Part shown: piece after piece, positions 20,371-29,564 of the stretch
Position numbering within the stretch: position 1 is the stretch's first letter
How the letters are laid out: the number at the start of each line of letters is the position of its first letter
Source: a virus
IMG/VR virus record: IMGVR_UViG_3300034106_005922
Location: 6,496 to 70,495 of that record
DNA length: 64,000 nt
Strand: one strand, 5' to 3'
Translations under genes and position numbers: made by a program
The notes under the pieces: model-generated
The model's input: only the letters and a program-made list of their open reading frames with translations
The model's database searches: none
Told to the model about the DNA's origin: nothing

Positions 20371-20815
20371 GAAAAAAGTAAATAATTTCGGTGGAAAGAC
20401 TCGTCAAAGAGACGATAGGGAAGATAGATTAATAGATTATAGGTTATGGAAATATAAATTAAATAAACTCTATACTACAGACGTAGATCAGATTGAATGG
20501 CGAATTATTGATGGCCAAATGAAACCAGTCGCAGTTTTAGAAATGACCCGTATAGATGACGATAAAATTCCTGGACCAAATTACTTTAAAGCCATTATTA
20601 ATAGATTTGAAACAAGAGATACTCAAAAATATACAATAACACATGTGGCGAATTGTCTTAATGTAGATGTATATATTGTTGCTTTTTTAAAAAATTTAAG
20701 TTATTATATAGTATACAATCTCTCTAAAGGAGATAAGTGGGAAAAATATAATGAATATCAATATATTAATTGGTTACAAAACTTAGGGCAACAACCAGAT
20801 CCTTTTGATTTTTAA
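20357..20815 (+). CDS. PD-(D/E)XK-like protein
   Basis: TDVDQIEW..PVAVLEMT pattern; start likely ATG 20357. Confidence 0.4.
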   Translation: MKTLEKKVNNFGGKTRQRDDREDRLIDYRLWKYKLNKLYTTDVDQIEWRIIDGQMKPVAVLEMTRIDDDKIPGPNYFKAIINRFETRDTQKYTITHVANCLNVDVYIVAFLKNLSYYIVYNLSKGDKWEKYNEYQYINWLQNLGQQPDPFDF

Positions 20816-20816
20816 T

Positions 20817-21455
20817 ATGGACGAACATCTTTTAAGATATGACAATAAAAAAACTCTAGTCTTTATTGACTGTGAGACGTTTAATCTTTGCCTTAATTTT
20901 TGCCATAATATCCCATGGCAAATAGCGATGTTAAAAGTTCAAGGGGATAAAAAAATAGATCAAAAGAATTTTTATTTGAAATGGCAAACAGATTTAAAAA
21001 TTAGCCAAGATGCAGCAAGAATCACAAGATATGATCATAAAAAAGTTCAAAAAGAAGGACATGACCCAAAAGAAATATTTGCTACAATTAAGGATTGGTT
21101 AGATCATGCAGATTATATAATTGGGCACAATACTCTTGGATTTGATATTTATCTTATTAAGGAATATTATAAATATATGGGGTGTTCTTGGCAGCATCTT
21201 GTTAATAAATTTATTGATACAAATACAGTCGCAAGGGGTATAAAATATGGAATACCATATAATCCAAAAGAAAATCTTATTGAATATCAGTATAAAATCT
21301 ATCATACAAGAAAAAAAGGAGTCAAAAGCTCTTTGACAGCTTTAGGTAAAGAAAATGGAATTGAACATGATTATGAAAAACTTCATGATGCAATAAATGA
21401 TCTTGACTTAAACTTAAAAGTGTGGAATAAATTGAAATGGCAAATAGAGGTATAA
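20817..21455 (+). CDS. DEDDh 3'-5' exonuclease (DnaQ/epsilon-like)
   Basis: FIDCET, GHNTLGFD, LHDAINDL; start likely ATG 20817. Confidence 0.85.
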   Translation: MDEHLLRYDNKKTLVFIDCETFNLCLNFCHNIPWQIAMLKVQGDKKIDQKNFYLKWQTDLKISQDAARITRYDHKKVQKEGHDPKEIFATIKDWLDHADYIIGHNTLGFDIYLIKEYYKYMGCSWQHLVNKFIDTNTVARGIKYGIPYNPKENLIEYQYKIYHTRKKGVKSSLTALGKENGIEHDYEKLHDAINDLDLNLKVWNKLKWQIEV

Positions 21456-21456
21456 C

Positions 21457-21681
21457 ATGGCATCATTAGACGATATATATGATATGACACAGAAACTAGA
21501 AGAGAATAATATTGATTATCTTCTAATCACTGTAACCAAAGGAAAGAAACAAGGTAAAGCTGACGTTTTCTTTTCTTTAAGAGATAAAACTTCAATGAAG
21601 ATACTAGCAACTGGGTTAGATGCATTTAATAAGGAAATAGATAATATAGAAAGAGAGCAAGAAGAGGATTCAGATGAATAA
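21457..21681 (+). CDS. Small acidic hypothetical protein
   Basis: 74-aa ORF coupled between exonuclease and dnaE. Confidence 0.6.
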   Translation: MASLDDIYDMTQKLEENNIDYLLITVTKGKKQGKADVFFSLRDKTSMKILATGLDAFNKEIDNIEREQEEDSDE

Positions 21682-24256
21682 TCATTTAGAAGATAAAGTA
21701 TTTTCAGATAAATTTGATAATACAGACTTGGGCCTACATGGAGTCAGACTTCCAGAATTTTCAATAGATTCATCTCTTAAAAGACATTTAAATATTAGCG
21801 AAGATGTTTCCAACTATGATTTTTTAAGAGCATTAGCTTTAAATGGATTTAAAAAATTAAACATAGACAAAAACAATAAAGACTATAAAAAGTATATTGA
21901 TAGAGCTAAATACGAACTAGATACTTTAAAAGAATTAGGGTTTATTGATTATATTTTATTAGTTTGGGATGTTATTAACTTCTGTAAGACTAGCGATATT
22001 CCAATAGGACTAGGTAGAGGTTCAGCAGCAGGATCATTAATTTTATATCTTATTGGAGTAACTAGAATTGATCCAGTAAAATATGACCTTTATTTTGAAA
22101 GATTTATATCCAAGATTCGAGCTAAAAAGCAAGTTATCGATGGTATAACATATTTAGATGGTAGTTTAATGTGTGACGTAGATATTGATATTTGTTATTA
22201 TAATCGCCAAAAAGTACTTCAATATTTAGAAACAAAATTTAAAGGTAAAACTAGCAAAATCTTAACACTAAATACTCTTAGTGGAAAACTACTTATTAAA
22301 GAGTGCGGAAAGATCGTCGGTGAAAAAAGCGAAGAAGAGATGACAAATATTTCCTCATTAATTCCTAAAGTTTATGGTCAAGTTAAAGATATCAATATTG
22401 CTTATGAAGAAGTAGAAAAATTTAAAGATTGGTGTGATGAGAATAAAGAAACATTTCAAATTGCTTTAAAATTAAGAGATTTAATCAAGAATAAAGGAGT
22501 TCATCCATCTGGAGTTCTTCTTTCTTATTATGATTTAGAAACAGTATGTCCAACAGAATTTTCTTCTGATAAAGAACCAGTTTCTAGTTTTGATATGAAC
22601 TGGGTAAGCATATTTAATATCAAACTTGATATTCTAGGCTTAAGAAGTGTTTCTGTAGTAGATGACGTTTGTAAAAATATTGGTATTAAAGTAGAAGATA
22701 TTGATTTGAATCATGAATCTATTTATAGGAATTTGAAAGAATTAAGATCGCCTCATGGACTATTTCAAATTGAAGCAGAAACTAATTTTAGAGTTTGCCA
22801 AAAAGTAAAACCAAAAAATCTAGAAGAACTAAGTGGAGTATTAGCTTTAGCAAGACCTGGAGCATTACAATTCGTAGACAAGTACGCTGCTCACACGAAT
22901 TATCAGCAATCAGAAAGTATTCATCCATTTTTCGATGAGATTTTAAAAGAAACTGGTGGAGTAGCTTTGTATCAAGAGCAGTTAATGAAGATGGCTCATA
23001 AAATTGGGTTCACTCTTGACGAAGCAGAAATCTTAAGAAGAATCGTTGGTAAAAAGAAAACTGAAGAAATCAAAGCATGGAAGAAAAAGATTGAATCAAA
23101 GATTAAAGAAAATAAAATTCCAAAAGAAGTAGGAGAAATTCTCTGGAAAATTCTAGAGGATTCAGCAAACTATTCATTTAATAAGAGCCATTCGTTAGCT
23201 TACGCAGCTTTAGCAGCAGTTACAATTTATTTAAAATTTAATTATCCACAGCAATTCTTTTTATCTTTATTAAAGATGAGTAGAAATGAGCCAGACCCAA
23301 TTGGCGAAATTTCCAAGATTCAAAAAGAGATGCATGAATTTGATATCAAACTTCTTCCACCTCATATTATTAAATCACAGATGGATTTCTCAATAGAAGA
23401 CAAAGACATTAGATTTGGTTTATTGTCAATTAAGGGTATTAGCGATAAGTCGATTGAAAAGCTCAATAGTTTTAGAAATAAATATTCTAATAAATTTGAA
23501 ATATTTCAAGCAGCAGAAGAAGCCAATCTTAATATTGGAGTGTTATCTTCTTTAATTCAAGCTGGAGCGTTGAGTGGTTTTAATCAATCTAGAAGTAAAA
23601 TTGTACTAGAAGCTCAATTATGGAATATATTAACTGCAAAAGAAAAGAAATATTCTATTTCATTTGCTGAAAAGTTTGATTATGATTTAATTAAAATCAT
23701 TAAACATCTTAATAAGTTTACTGATGAAAAGAGTAATGTAGTTATTAAAGATGCAAGATTAAATACTATTAAGACTAAATATGAACCATATCTTCAAATT
23801 TATAATCAAAATAGTAAAAGTGAAAGTTTTGCTAATTGGTATTACGAAAAGAAACTCTTGGGATATACTTATAACAAGAATCTAAGAGATATTTTTGCCG
23901 AGAAAAGAGAAAATCTCAAATATATAAGTGATATTATTGATGAACAAGTAAATACTAAAGTAGCTTTAGTAGGACAAATTGAAGAAGTTTACACTGGCGT
24001 TTCTAAAAATGAAAAGAAAACTAGATATGTAAGGTTAAAGATATCAGACGAAACATCAGCAATCAGCGTATTAATATTTAATGATAATATTGAAAATAAT
24101 AAACTATTAAACAACAAAGCCTTTGAAGAAGGTAATATTGTGATAGCGAAAGGCTCAAAAAGAGATGATTGTATATTTGGAGATTTAATAGCTATTCAAG
24201 ATCATCAAATATACATGAAGTTGAATGATTTAAAAAAGATTGATAAAAATAATTGA
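21674..24256 (+). CDS. dnaE: DNA polymerase III alpha catalytic core lacking PHP
   Basis: GRGSAAGSL, FERFI, CDVDID, HPSGV, KLDILGL, LYQEQLM, YSFNKSH, IRFGL..IKG, C-terminal OB fold. Confidence 0.93.
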   Translation: MNNHLEDKVFSDKFDNTDLGLHGVRLPEFSIDSSLKRHLNISEDVSNYDFLRALALNGFKKLNIDKNNKDYKKYIDRAKYELDTLKELGFIDYILLVWDVINFCKTSDIPIGLGRGSAAGSLILYLIGVTRIDPVKYDLYFERFISKIRAKKQVIDGITYLDGSLMCDVDIDICYYNRQKVLQYLETKFKGKTSKILTLNTLSGKLLIKECGKIVGEKSEEEMTNISSLIPKVYGQVKDINIAYEEVEKFKDWCDENKETFQIALKLRDLIKNKGVHPSGVLLSYYDLETVCPTEFSSDKEPVSSFDMNWVSIFNIKLDILGLRSVSVVDDVCKNIGIKVEDIDLNHESIYRNLKELRSPHGLFQIEAETNFRVCQKVKPKNLEELSGVLALARPGALQFVDKYAAHTNYQQSESIHPFFDEILKETGGVALYQEQLMKMAHKIGFTLDEAEILRRIVGKKKTEEIKAWKKKIESKIKENKIPKEVGEILWKILEDSANYSFNKSHSLAYAALAAVTIYLKFNYPQQFFLSLLKMSRNEPDPIGEISKIQKEMHEFDIKLLPPHIIKSQMDFSIEDKDIRFGLLSIKGISDKSIEKLNSFRNKYSNKFEIFQAAEEANLNIGVLSSLIQAGALSGFNQSRSKIVLEAQLWNILTAKEKKYSISFAEKFDYDLIKIIKHLNKFTDEKSNVVIKDARLNTIKTKYEPYLQIYNQNSKSESFANWYYEKKLLGYTYNKNLRDIFAEKRENLKYISDIIDEQVNTKVALVGQIEEVYTGVSKNEKKTRYVRLKISDETSAISVLIFNDNIENNKLLNNKAFEEGNIVIAKGSKRDDCIFGDLIAIQDHQIYMKLNDLKKIDKNN

Positions 24257-24281
24257 CATTTAATTATAGTTGATATAATAT
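24253..24281 (+). promoter_or_regulatory. sigma70-type promoter (TTGACA..TGaTATAAT)
   Basis: Upstream of ATG 24289; -35 overlaps the dnaE TGA stop. Confidence 0.65.
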
Positions 24282-24288
24282 AAACTAT

Positions 24289-24831
24289 ATGATTTCATTC
24301 TATAAACCAAACAGCAAAAATACTGGAACAGCTTGCAGCTTTACAGTAAATACAAAAGATGCCTCTATATGGGGTTCATTAATTAAACAATCTTCTTGGA
24401 ATGATGCCAAGAAGATAGGTTCATTTTCAGAGAATCAAAATAATCCAAGCAAAAGCGTCAAAATCAAGTTCTCTTTAACTGAGGCAGCTGGAATTTTAGA
24501 TTCAATTGAAAGAAATGTAGAATTTTCTGCTTATCATAGTTCTGAAAAACAAACTACAAGAATTAAGTTTTGTCCATATATTAAAGATGATAAACAAGTA
24601 GGATATTCTTATTCAGTAAATAAAGAGGATAAGCAAAATAGCGAAAATAAGCAATCTTATTTAATTGGCTTTTATTTTAATGAAGCTTCTCTTATTAAAG
24701 AATTTTTAAAATTCGCACTACATTCAACATTTCATCAACAAGAAGTAGAAAACATTAAAAGATTGAAGAATAGAAAGACTGAATCTACTGACTCAACATC
24801 AAATGTAGACGCAGAAGGCGATCTTTGGTGA
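24289..24831 (+). CDS. Putative ssDNA-binding protein, Whirly/PC4-like
   Basis: Position after dnaE, acidic-aromatic tail DAEGDLW, twice-repeated beta-strands-then-helix pattern. Confidence 0.5.
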   Translation: MISFYKPNSKNTGTACSFTVNTKDASIWGSLIKQSSWNDAKKIGSFSENQNNPSKSVKIKFSLTEAAGILDSIERNVEFSAYHSSEKQTTRIKFCPYIKDDKQVGYSYSVNKEDKQNSENKQSYLIGFYFNEASLIKEFLKFALHSTFHQQEVENIKRLKNRKTESTDSTSNVDAEGDLW

Positions 24832-26753
24832 ATAAAAAGAAAAAAGTTTTAATACAAACTGATTTTTCCCTAGCCAAAACAGGGTTCGGGAGAAATGCAA
24901 AAACTCTTTTAAAATATTTATATAATTCAAATAAATATGATTTAGTTCATTATTGCTGTGGAATGCCTTGGAGTCATCCAGAATTAAAAAGAACTCCATG
25001 GAAATCAATTGGATCATTACCAGACACACAACAAGAATTAGAGCTTCTAAATAGAGATCCAAATTTAGCTAGAATGGCAAGCTATGGCGCGCATTATCTA
25101 GATAGAATTATTGATCAAGAGAAACCAGACGTATATATTGCTGTTCAAGATATTTGGGGAGTTGACTTCGCCATAGATAAACCTTGGTTTAATAAAATAA
25201 ATTCTGTTATTTGGACGACTTTAGACTCATTACCGATATTGGATTCAGCAATTTCTTGCGCACCAAAAGTTAAAAATTATTGGATTTGGAGTAATTTTGC
25301 TACGAAAGCATTAAATAGCATGGGATACAAACACATTAAGACTGTGCATGGGTGTTTAGAGTCTAAGGATTTTTATAGATTATCAGATTTTGATAGAAAA
25401 AAATTAAGAAATAAATACAACTTACCCCAAGACGCATTTATAATTGGTTTCGTTTTCAGAAATCAATTGAGAAAAAGTGTTCCTAATCTTTTAGAAGGAT
25501 ATGCCCTATGGAAAAAAGAAAATCCAGATATTAAAAATACATTTTTACTTCTTCACACTCATTGGGGAGAAGGATGGAATATTCATAAACTCTGTAAAGA
25601 ATTAAATGTAAATCCAGCAGAAGTATTAACTACTTATATATGTAAAAATTGCGGAGAGTATGAAATTAAGAATTTTACGGGCCAAGATTTAAATTGTAAA
25701 TATTGTGGGGAAGAAAAAAGTCAAACGACCACAAATGTTAGTATTGGAGTTACAGAGCAGCAATTAAATGAAGTTTATAATTTAATGGATGTATATTGTC
25801 ATCCATTTACTAGTGGAGGACAAGAGATTCCAATTCAAGAAGCTAAACTTACAGAATTAATTACTTTAGTTACAAATTATTCATGTGGCGAAGAGATGTG
25901 CGAAAAAGACGCTGGCTCTATTCCACTAGAATGGTCGGAGTATAGAGAGCATGGCACAGAGTTTAGAAAAGCCTCTACCTACCCAACTTCTATAGCTAAG
26001 AATTTAAATAAAGTATATAAAATGTCTAAAGCTGAAAAAGTAGAAATGGGCAAAAAAGCAAGAGAATGGACAATTAAAAATTATTCAGTAGAATCTGTAG
26101 GTTCAACTATAGAAAATTTTATAGACAAGTCCGAAAACACAAACTTTGAATTTTCAAATTCTCAAATTGAAAGAAACCCTAATGCAGTTGTACCAGAAAT
26201 AAAAGAGAATAAGGATTGGATTTTATATCTATATCATAATATTCTTTGTCTTAAAAATATTAACGAAAATGATTCTGGATTCATTTACTGGATGGATCAA
26301 CTTGCAAAAGGGGCTTCTAGAAATGATGTAGAATCATATTTTAGAAAAGTTTCCACAGAAGACTTGAATAAAAATAAACAAATTCCATTTGAAGAAATTT
26401 TAGGTAAAGATGATGATGGAAAAAGATTATTACTAGTTATGCCAGAAAGTGCTGGTGATGTATTCATGGCTACAAGTTTACTTCCATCAATTAAAAAGAT
26501 GTATCCAGAATATAATATATATTTTGCAACAAAACAGGAATACTTTTCTATTCTAAATGGTAATGAATATATTTATAAAACCATTCCTTATATCCAACAA
26601 ATGGATAATTTGATGTGGTTAGAAGGCGCTGGCGACCATAAAGGATTTTTTGAAATTGCATTTTTACCACATCTAGGTACTCAAAGAGTTTTGAATTATC
26701 TCCATAATGGAAAAGATAAAATAGAATTTAATATTAAAAATAATAATATATAA
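24825..26753 (+). CDS. GT4 glycosyltransferase with Zn-ribbon insert, DUF4214-like helical domain and GT9 N-terminal half
   Basis: TGFGR, RNQLRK, HPFTSGGQEIPIQEA; CKNC..CKYC; LYHNIL..DSGFIYWMDQL..SRNDV; MPESAGDVFMATSLLPSIKKMYP. Confidence 0.75.
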   Translation: MVNKKKKVLIQTDFSLAKTGFGRNAKTLLKYLYNSNKYDLVHYCCGMPWSHPELKRTPWKSIGSLPDTQQELELLNRDPNLARMASYGAHYLDRIIDQEKPDVYIAVQDIWGVDFAIDKPWFNKINSVIWTTLDSLPILDSAISCAPKVKNYWIWSNFATKALNSMGYKHIKTVHGCLESKDFYRLSDFDRKKLRNKYNLPQDAFIIGFVFRNQLRKSVPNLLEGYALWKKENPDIKNTFLLLHTHWGEGWNIHKLCKELNVNPAEVLTTYICKNCGEYEIKNFTGQDLNCKYCGEEKSQTTTNVSIGVTEQQLNEVYNLMDVYCHPFTSGGQEIPIQEAKLTELITLVTNYSCGEEMCEKDAGSIPLEWSEYREHGTEFRKASTYPTSIAKNLNKVYKMSKAEKVEMGKKAREWTIKNYSVESVGSTIENFIDKSENTNFEFSNSQIERNPNAVVPEIKENKDWILYLYHNILCLKNINENDSGFIYWMDQLAKGASRNDVESYFRKVSTEDLNKNKQIPFEEILGKDDDGKRLLLVMPESAGDVFMATSLLPSIKKMYPEYNIYFATKQEYFSILNGNEYIYKTIPYIQQMDNLMWLEGAGDHKGFFEIAFLPHLGTQRVLNYLHNGKDKIEFNIKNNNI

Positions 26754-26754
26754 T

Positions 26755-27933
26755 ATGCATATTCTAGAACAATACGCTTTAAATTGTGGAGTATCAATTT
26801 CTAAACCATACATAAGTGAAGAATTTTTCCCACTACCGTTTGAGAAATATATAACATTACATCCAAAGGGAAAATTCCCATCTAGAGAATACGACCATTG
26901 GGAAGAAGTAACAACTAATTTATTTCCTATTTTAGAAAAACATAATATTAAAATAGTTCAAGTCGGAGGAAAAGAAGATCAACCTATACCTTTTTGCTAT
27001 CCAACAAATGGACAAACTAATTTAAATAATTTAGCATATTTAATTAAAAATTCATTACTTCACGTTGGTATAGATAGTCTCCCAATTCATTTCGCTTCAG
27101 CATTTGATAAGAAAATAGTTGGACTTTACTGTAATATGTATCCAAATCAATCTGCACCATATTGGTCTTCTTCTGAGGATTGTGATTTATTATTTGCAGA
27201 TTTGAAAGGCAAAAAACCATCTTATGCAGCCTTCGAAAACCCAAAAACGATCAATACTATAAAACCAGAAGACATTGCTAATAGTGTTCTTAAAAAATTA
27301 AATATTAATGAAACTATTAAAAATAAAACAATTTATTTTGGAGATGCTAGCTTTATAAGATCTATAGAAATTATTCCAGATCATGTTCCTAATTTGTCCT
27401 CATTTAATATAGATATAGCAAATGTGCGAATGGATTATCATTTTAATGAAATGTTTTTATTCAATATATTAAGCGTATACAAGGCCAACGTCTTAACTGA
27501 CAAAGCTATTAATATAAATGAATTAGTTAAATTTAAGAACAATATTCTTCATGTTTATTTTATTATTAATGATGAATCAAACTTTGATATTAAATTTATA
27601 GAAAATTTAAAAAATAATGGAATAAAATTCTCTATATTATCTTTTATTCCAGAAGATAAAATAGAAAAGATCAAAATTCATACCATGGACTTTTGTAATA
27701 TTATTGTAAAAAATCTGGAAAATAATAAAGATATCATTAAATCTTTTAATAAAAATAATTTAAAATTTAAATCAAGTAAAATACTTTTAAGTCAAGGTAA
27801 AATGTATCCTTCTTTTGATAATTTTAAATCAAATACAAGCTATAAACAGTCATTACATGAGCATTTTGATTTTCAAAATAATGGTGATCTTTATAAAGAA
27901 TTAGAGAATTTATATATTTTTAGTATTGACTAA
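26755..27933 (+). CDS. GT9 (heptosyltransferase-like) C-terminal half plus unknown domain
   Basis: YITLHP..REYDHW, VQVGG, GQTNLNNLAYLI..HVGIDSLPIHFASAFDKKIVGLY. Confidence 0.7.
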   Translation: MHILEQYALNCGVSISKPYISEEFFPLPFEKYITLHPKGKFPSREYDHWEEVTTNLFPILEKHNIKIVQVGGKEDQPIPFCYPTNGQTNLNNLAYLIKNSLLHVGIDSLPIHFASAFDKKIVGLYCNMYPNQSAPYWSSSEDCDLLFADLKGKKPSYAAFENPKTINTIKPEDIANSVLKKLNINETIKNKTIYFGDASFIRSIEIIPDHVPNLSSFNIDIANVRMDYHFNEMFLFNILSVYKANVLTDKAININELVKFKNNILHVYFIINDESNFDIKFIENLKNNGIKFSILSFIPEDKIEKIKIHTMDFCNIIVKNLENNKDIIKSFNKNNLKFKSSKILLSQGKMYPSFDNFKSNTSYKQSLHEHFDFQNNGDLYKELENLYIFSID

Positions 27934-27954
27934 ATTTTTAAAAGGTAGTATCAT
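27926..27954 (+). promoter_or_regulatory. sigma70-type promoter (TTGACT-17-TATCAT)
   Basis: 6 nt before ATG 27961. Confidence 0.75.
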
Positions 27955-27960
27955 CTTAAA

Positions 27961-28761
27961 ATGAGTCCAAAAATCAAAGCAGAAGAAAATACAATTTCAA
28001 TTGGAAGTTCGGAATTATTTGAATCCGTAGTAATCTCAGAACAAAAGCAAGAAATTGCTCAAGTAATCCCGCCTAATCTATTCACAAGGAATAAATATGG
28101 CCTTATTGAAGATAAGGGGCTCAATTATATATTTAATGATGATGGTACAATTAATTGGCGTAAAATGATCAAAACAGAGCATCTTGTTCCAAACAGACAG
28201 AAAACACAAGAAACAGATGTTTCTAAACTTCAAGACAAAGATTTACTCATTCTTCTTGGTGGTATCAAAGAACTTGCTCAAATCCGTGGATATACAAGTG
28301 TCGAATATAAAGTAGTCGCAGCTTCTGAGAGTTACTTTGCAACAAGCTGTAAAATTACTTGGTTACCAAATTATGAAACTGGTGGAAAAGAAATTATTTT
28401 TGAATCTCTTGCTGATGCTACAGTAAACAACACGAAGAGTTTCGCCAGATTCTTTTTGGCTGCAATTGCTGAAAATCGAGCTTTTGTTAGATGCGTAAGG
28501 AATTTCTTAAAAATTAATATTGTATCTCAAGAAGAACTTGGAGATGCTAAATTAATAGATGATTCAGTATCTCAAAATGATAATCCAACTTCTCCTCATG
28601 CTCTATTAGAAAAAGTAATGAAAGATAAAAGTATTAACTTTGATCAATTAAAGAAAAAATTAATTAAAGAAAAATTCGATAATGCAGAAAACTTAAATTC
28701 AATTTCTGATATTCCTAAAGCTAAAATTTTTGAGCTTATAGAAAGAATTAAAAAAGTTTAA
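27961..28761 (+). CDS. Putative Rad52/Sak-fold single-strand annealing protein
   Basis: LLGGIKELAQIRG..AIAENRAFVRCVRNFLKI..SQEEL pattern typical of SSAP folds. Confidence 0.5.
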   Translation: MSPKIKAEENTISIGSSELFESVVISEQKQEIAQVIPPNLFTRNKYGLIEDKGLNYIFNDDGTINWRKMIKTEHLVPNRQKTQETDVSKLQDKDLLILLGGIKELAQIRGYTSVEYKVVAASESYFATSCKITWLPNYETGGKEIIFESLADATVNNTKSFARFFLAAIAENRAFVRCVRNFLKINIVSQEELGDAKLIDDSVSQNDNPTSPHALLEKVMKDKSINFDQLKKKLIKEKFDNAENLNSISDIPKAKIFELIERIKKV

Positions 28762-29555
28762 CTTAAAATATAAGTAGAAAAGCTAACTGAAACTTTTCCA
28801 TTATCTGACACGCTTAGATTTAAACTATCATTATTTTTAACTATATTATTAAAATTAAAAGATAATATATTATTTAAAGTAGAATAATTTTTAAAATTTA
28901 TTTGGATTGATCTTATTTCTTGATTTAATAAGAATGATCTCATATTTGACATCATATAATTATCAATATCCAATTCAAAAGCAAAATCTATCTTTATAGG
29001 ATAATTTATTAATACTTCAGTAGGATAATATTCACCAATATTATATTGCGGTATTCTATTTGTTGAAATAGTCATATCAAATGAAAGAAGCCGATTTGTT
29101 AAGGCTTCATTTAAAGTTATATCAGTATAGCACAAATCGTATGGAGTTATGCTGTAATTTATTGGATTATTATTGATTATCCCAGTTTGTTCAGCAAATT
29201 GACCATAAATATCAATATCAGCACGACAAACAATAGGGTTATCAATTGCAGTTTTAATATTATATTTAGTTAAATAACCGCTATTAAAATTTAAATATTT
29301 ATCAGCATATCCAAAAGTTCCACTTATTATATTTTGTCCAGTAAAAGCAAGAATTGGATCAACATTAGAAGGTATATATTCTATATTAATCATAGCTTTA
29401 TTTTGATCATTTACTAAATAGTTAAAACCTGTATCTTCTATTGCTATGGAAGGAATGATATTTGTATCATAGGATACCCCTAAAGATTGAACTCCAGAAA
29501 CAAATTGTCCATTTAAGTAAATATTTTGATTTTGTTTAGAAGAAAAGATAGCCAT
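28758..29555 (-). CDS. Tail-tube paralogue (baseplate tube protein-like)
   Basis: Aligns by eye with the 47604-48743 product; own GTGTAA motif. Confidence 0.6.
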   Translation of the reverse strand: MAIFSSKQNQNIYLNGQFVSGVQSLGVSYDTNIIPSIAIEDTGFNYLVNDQNKAMINIEYIPSNVDPILAFTGQNIISGTFGYADKYLNFNSGYLTKYNIKTAIDNPIVCRADIDIYGQFAEQTGIINNNPINYSITPYDLCYTDITLNEALTNRLLSFDMTISTNRIPQYNIGEYYPTEVLINYPIKIDFAFELDIDNYMMSNMRSFLLNQEIRSIQINFKNYSTLNNILSFNFNNIVKNNDSLNLSVSDNGKVSVSFSTYILS

Positions 29556-29564
29556 TTAATATAA

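Noticed and set aside
19621-24256. Split intein joining PHP and DnaE core
   Set aside because: No intein N-terminal (C/S) or C-terminal (HN) blocks at the split ends; RecA and DnaB also have normal lengths.
26745-26760. GT9 split as a sequencing frameshift or pseudogene
   Set aside because: The junction is TAA-T-ATG, the same coupling pattern as at 5253, 20815 and 32711, and it falls at the inter-domain boundary; read-level confirmation is still advisable.
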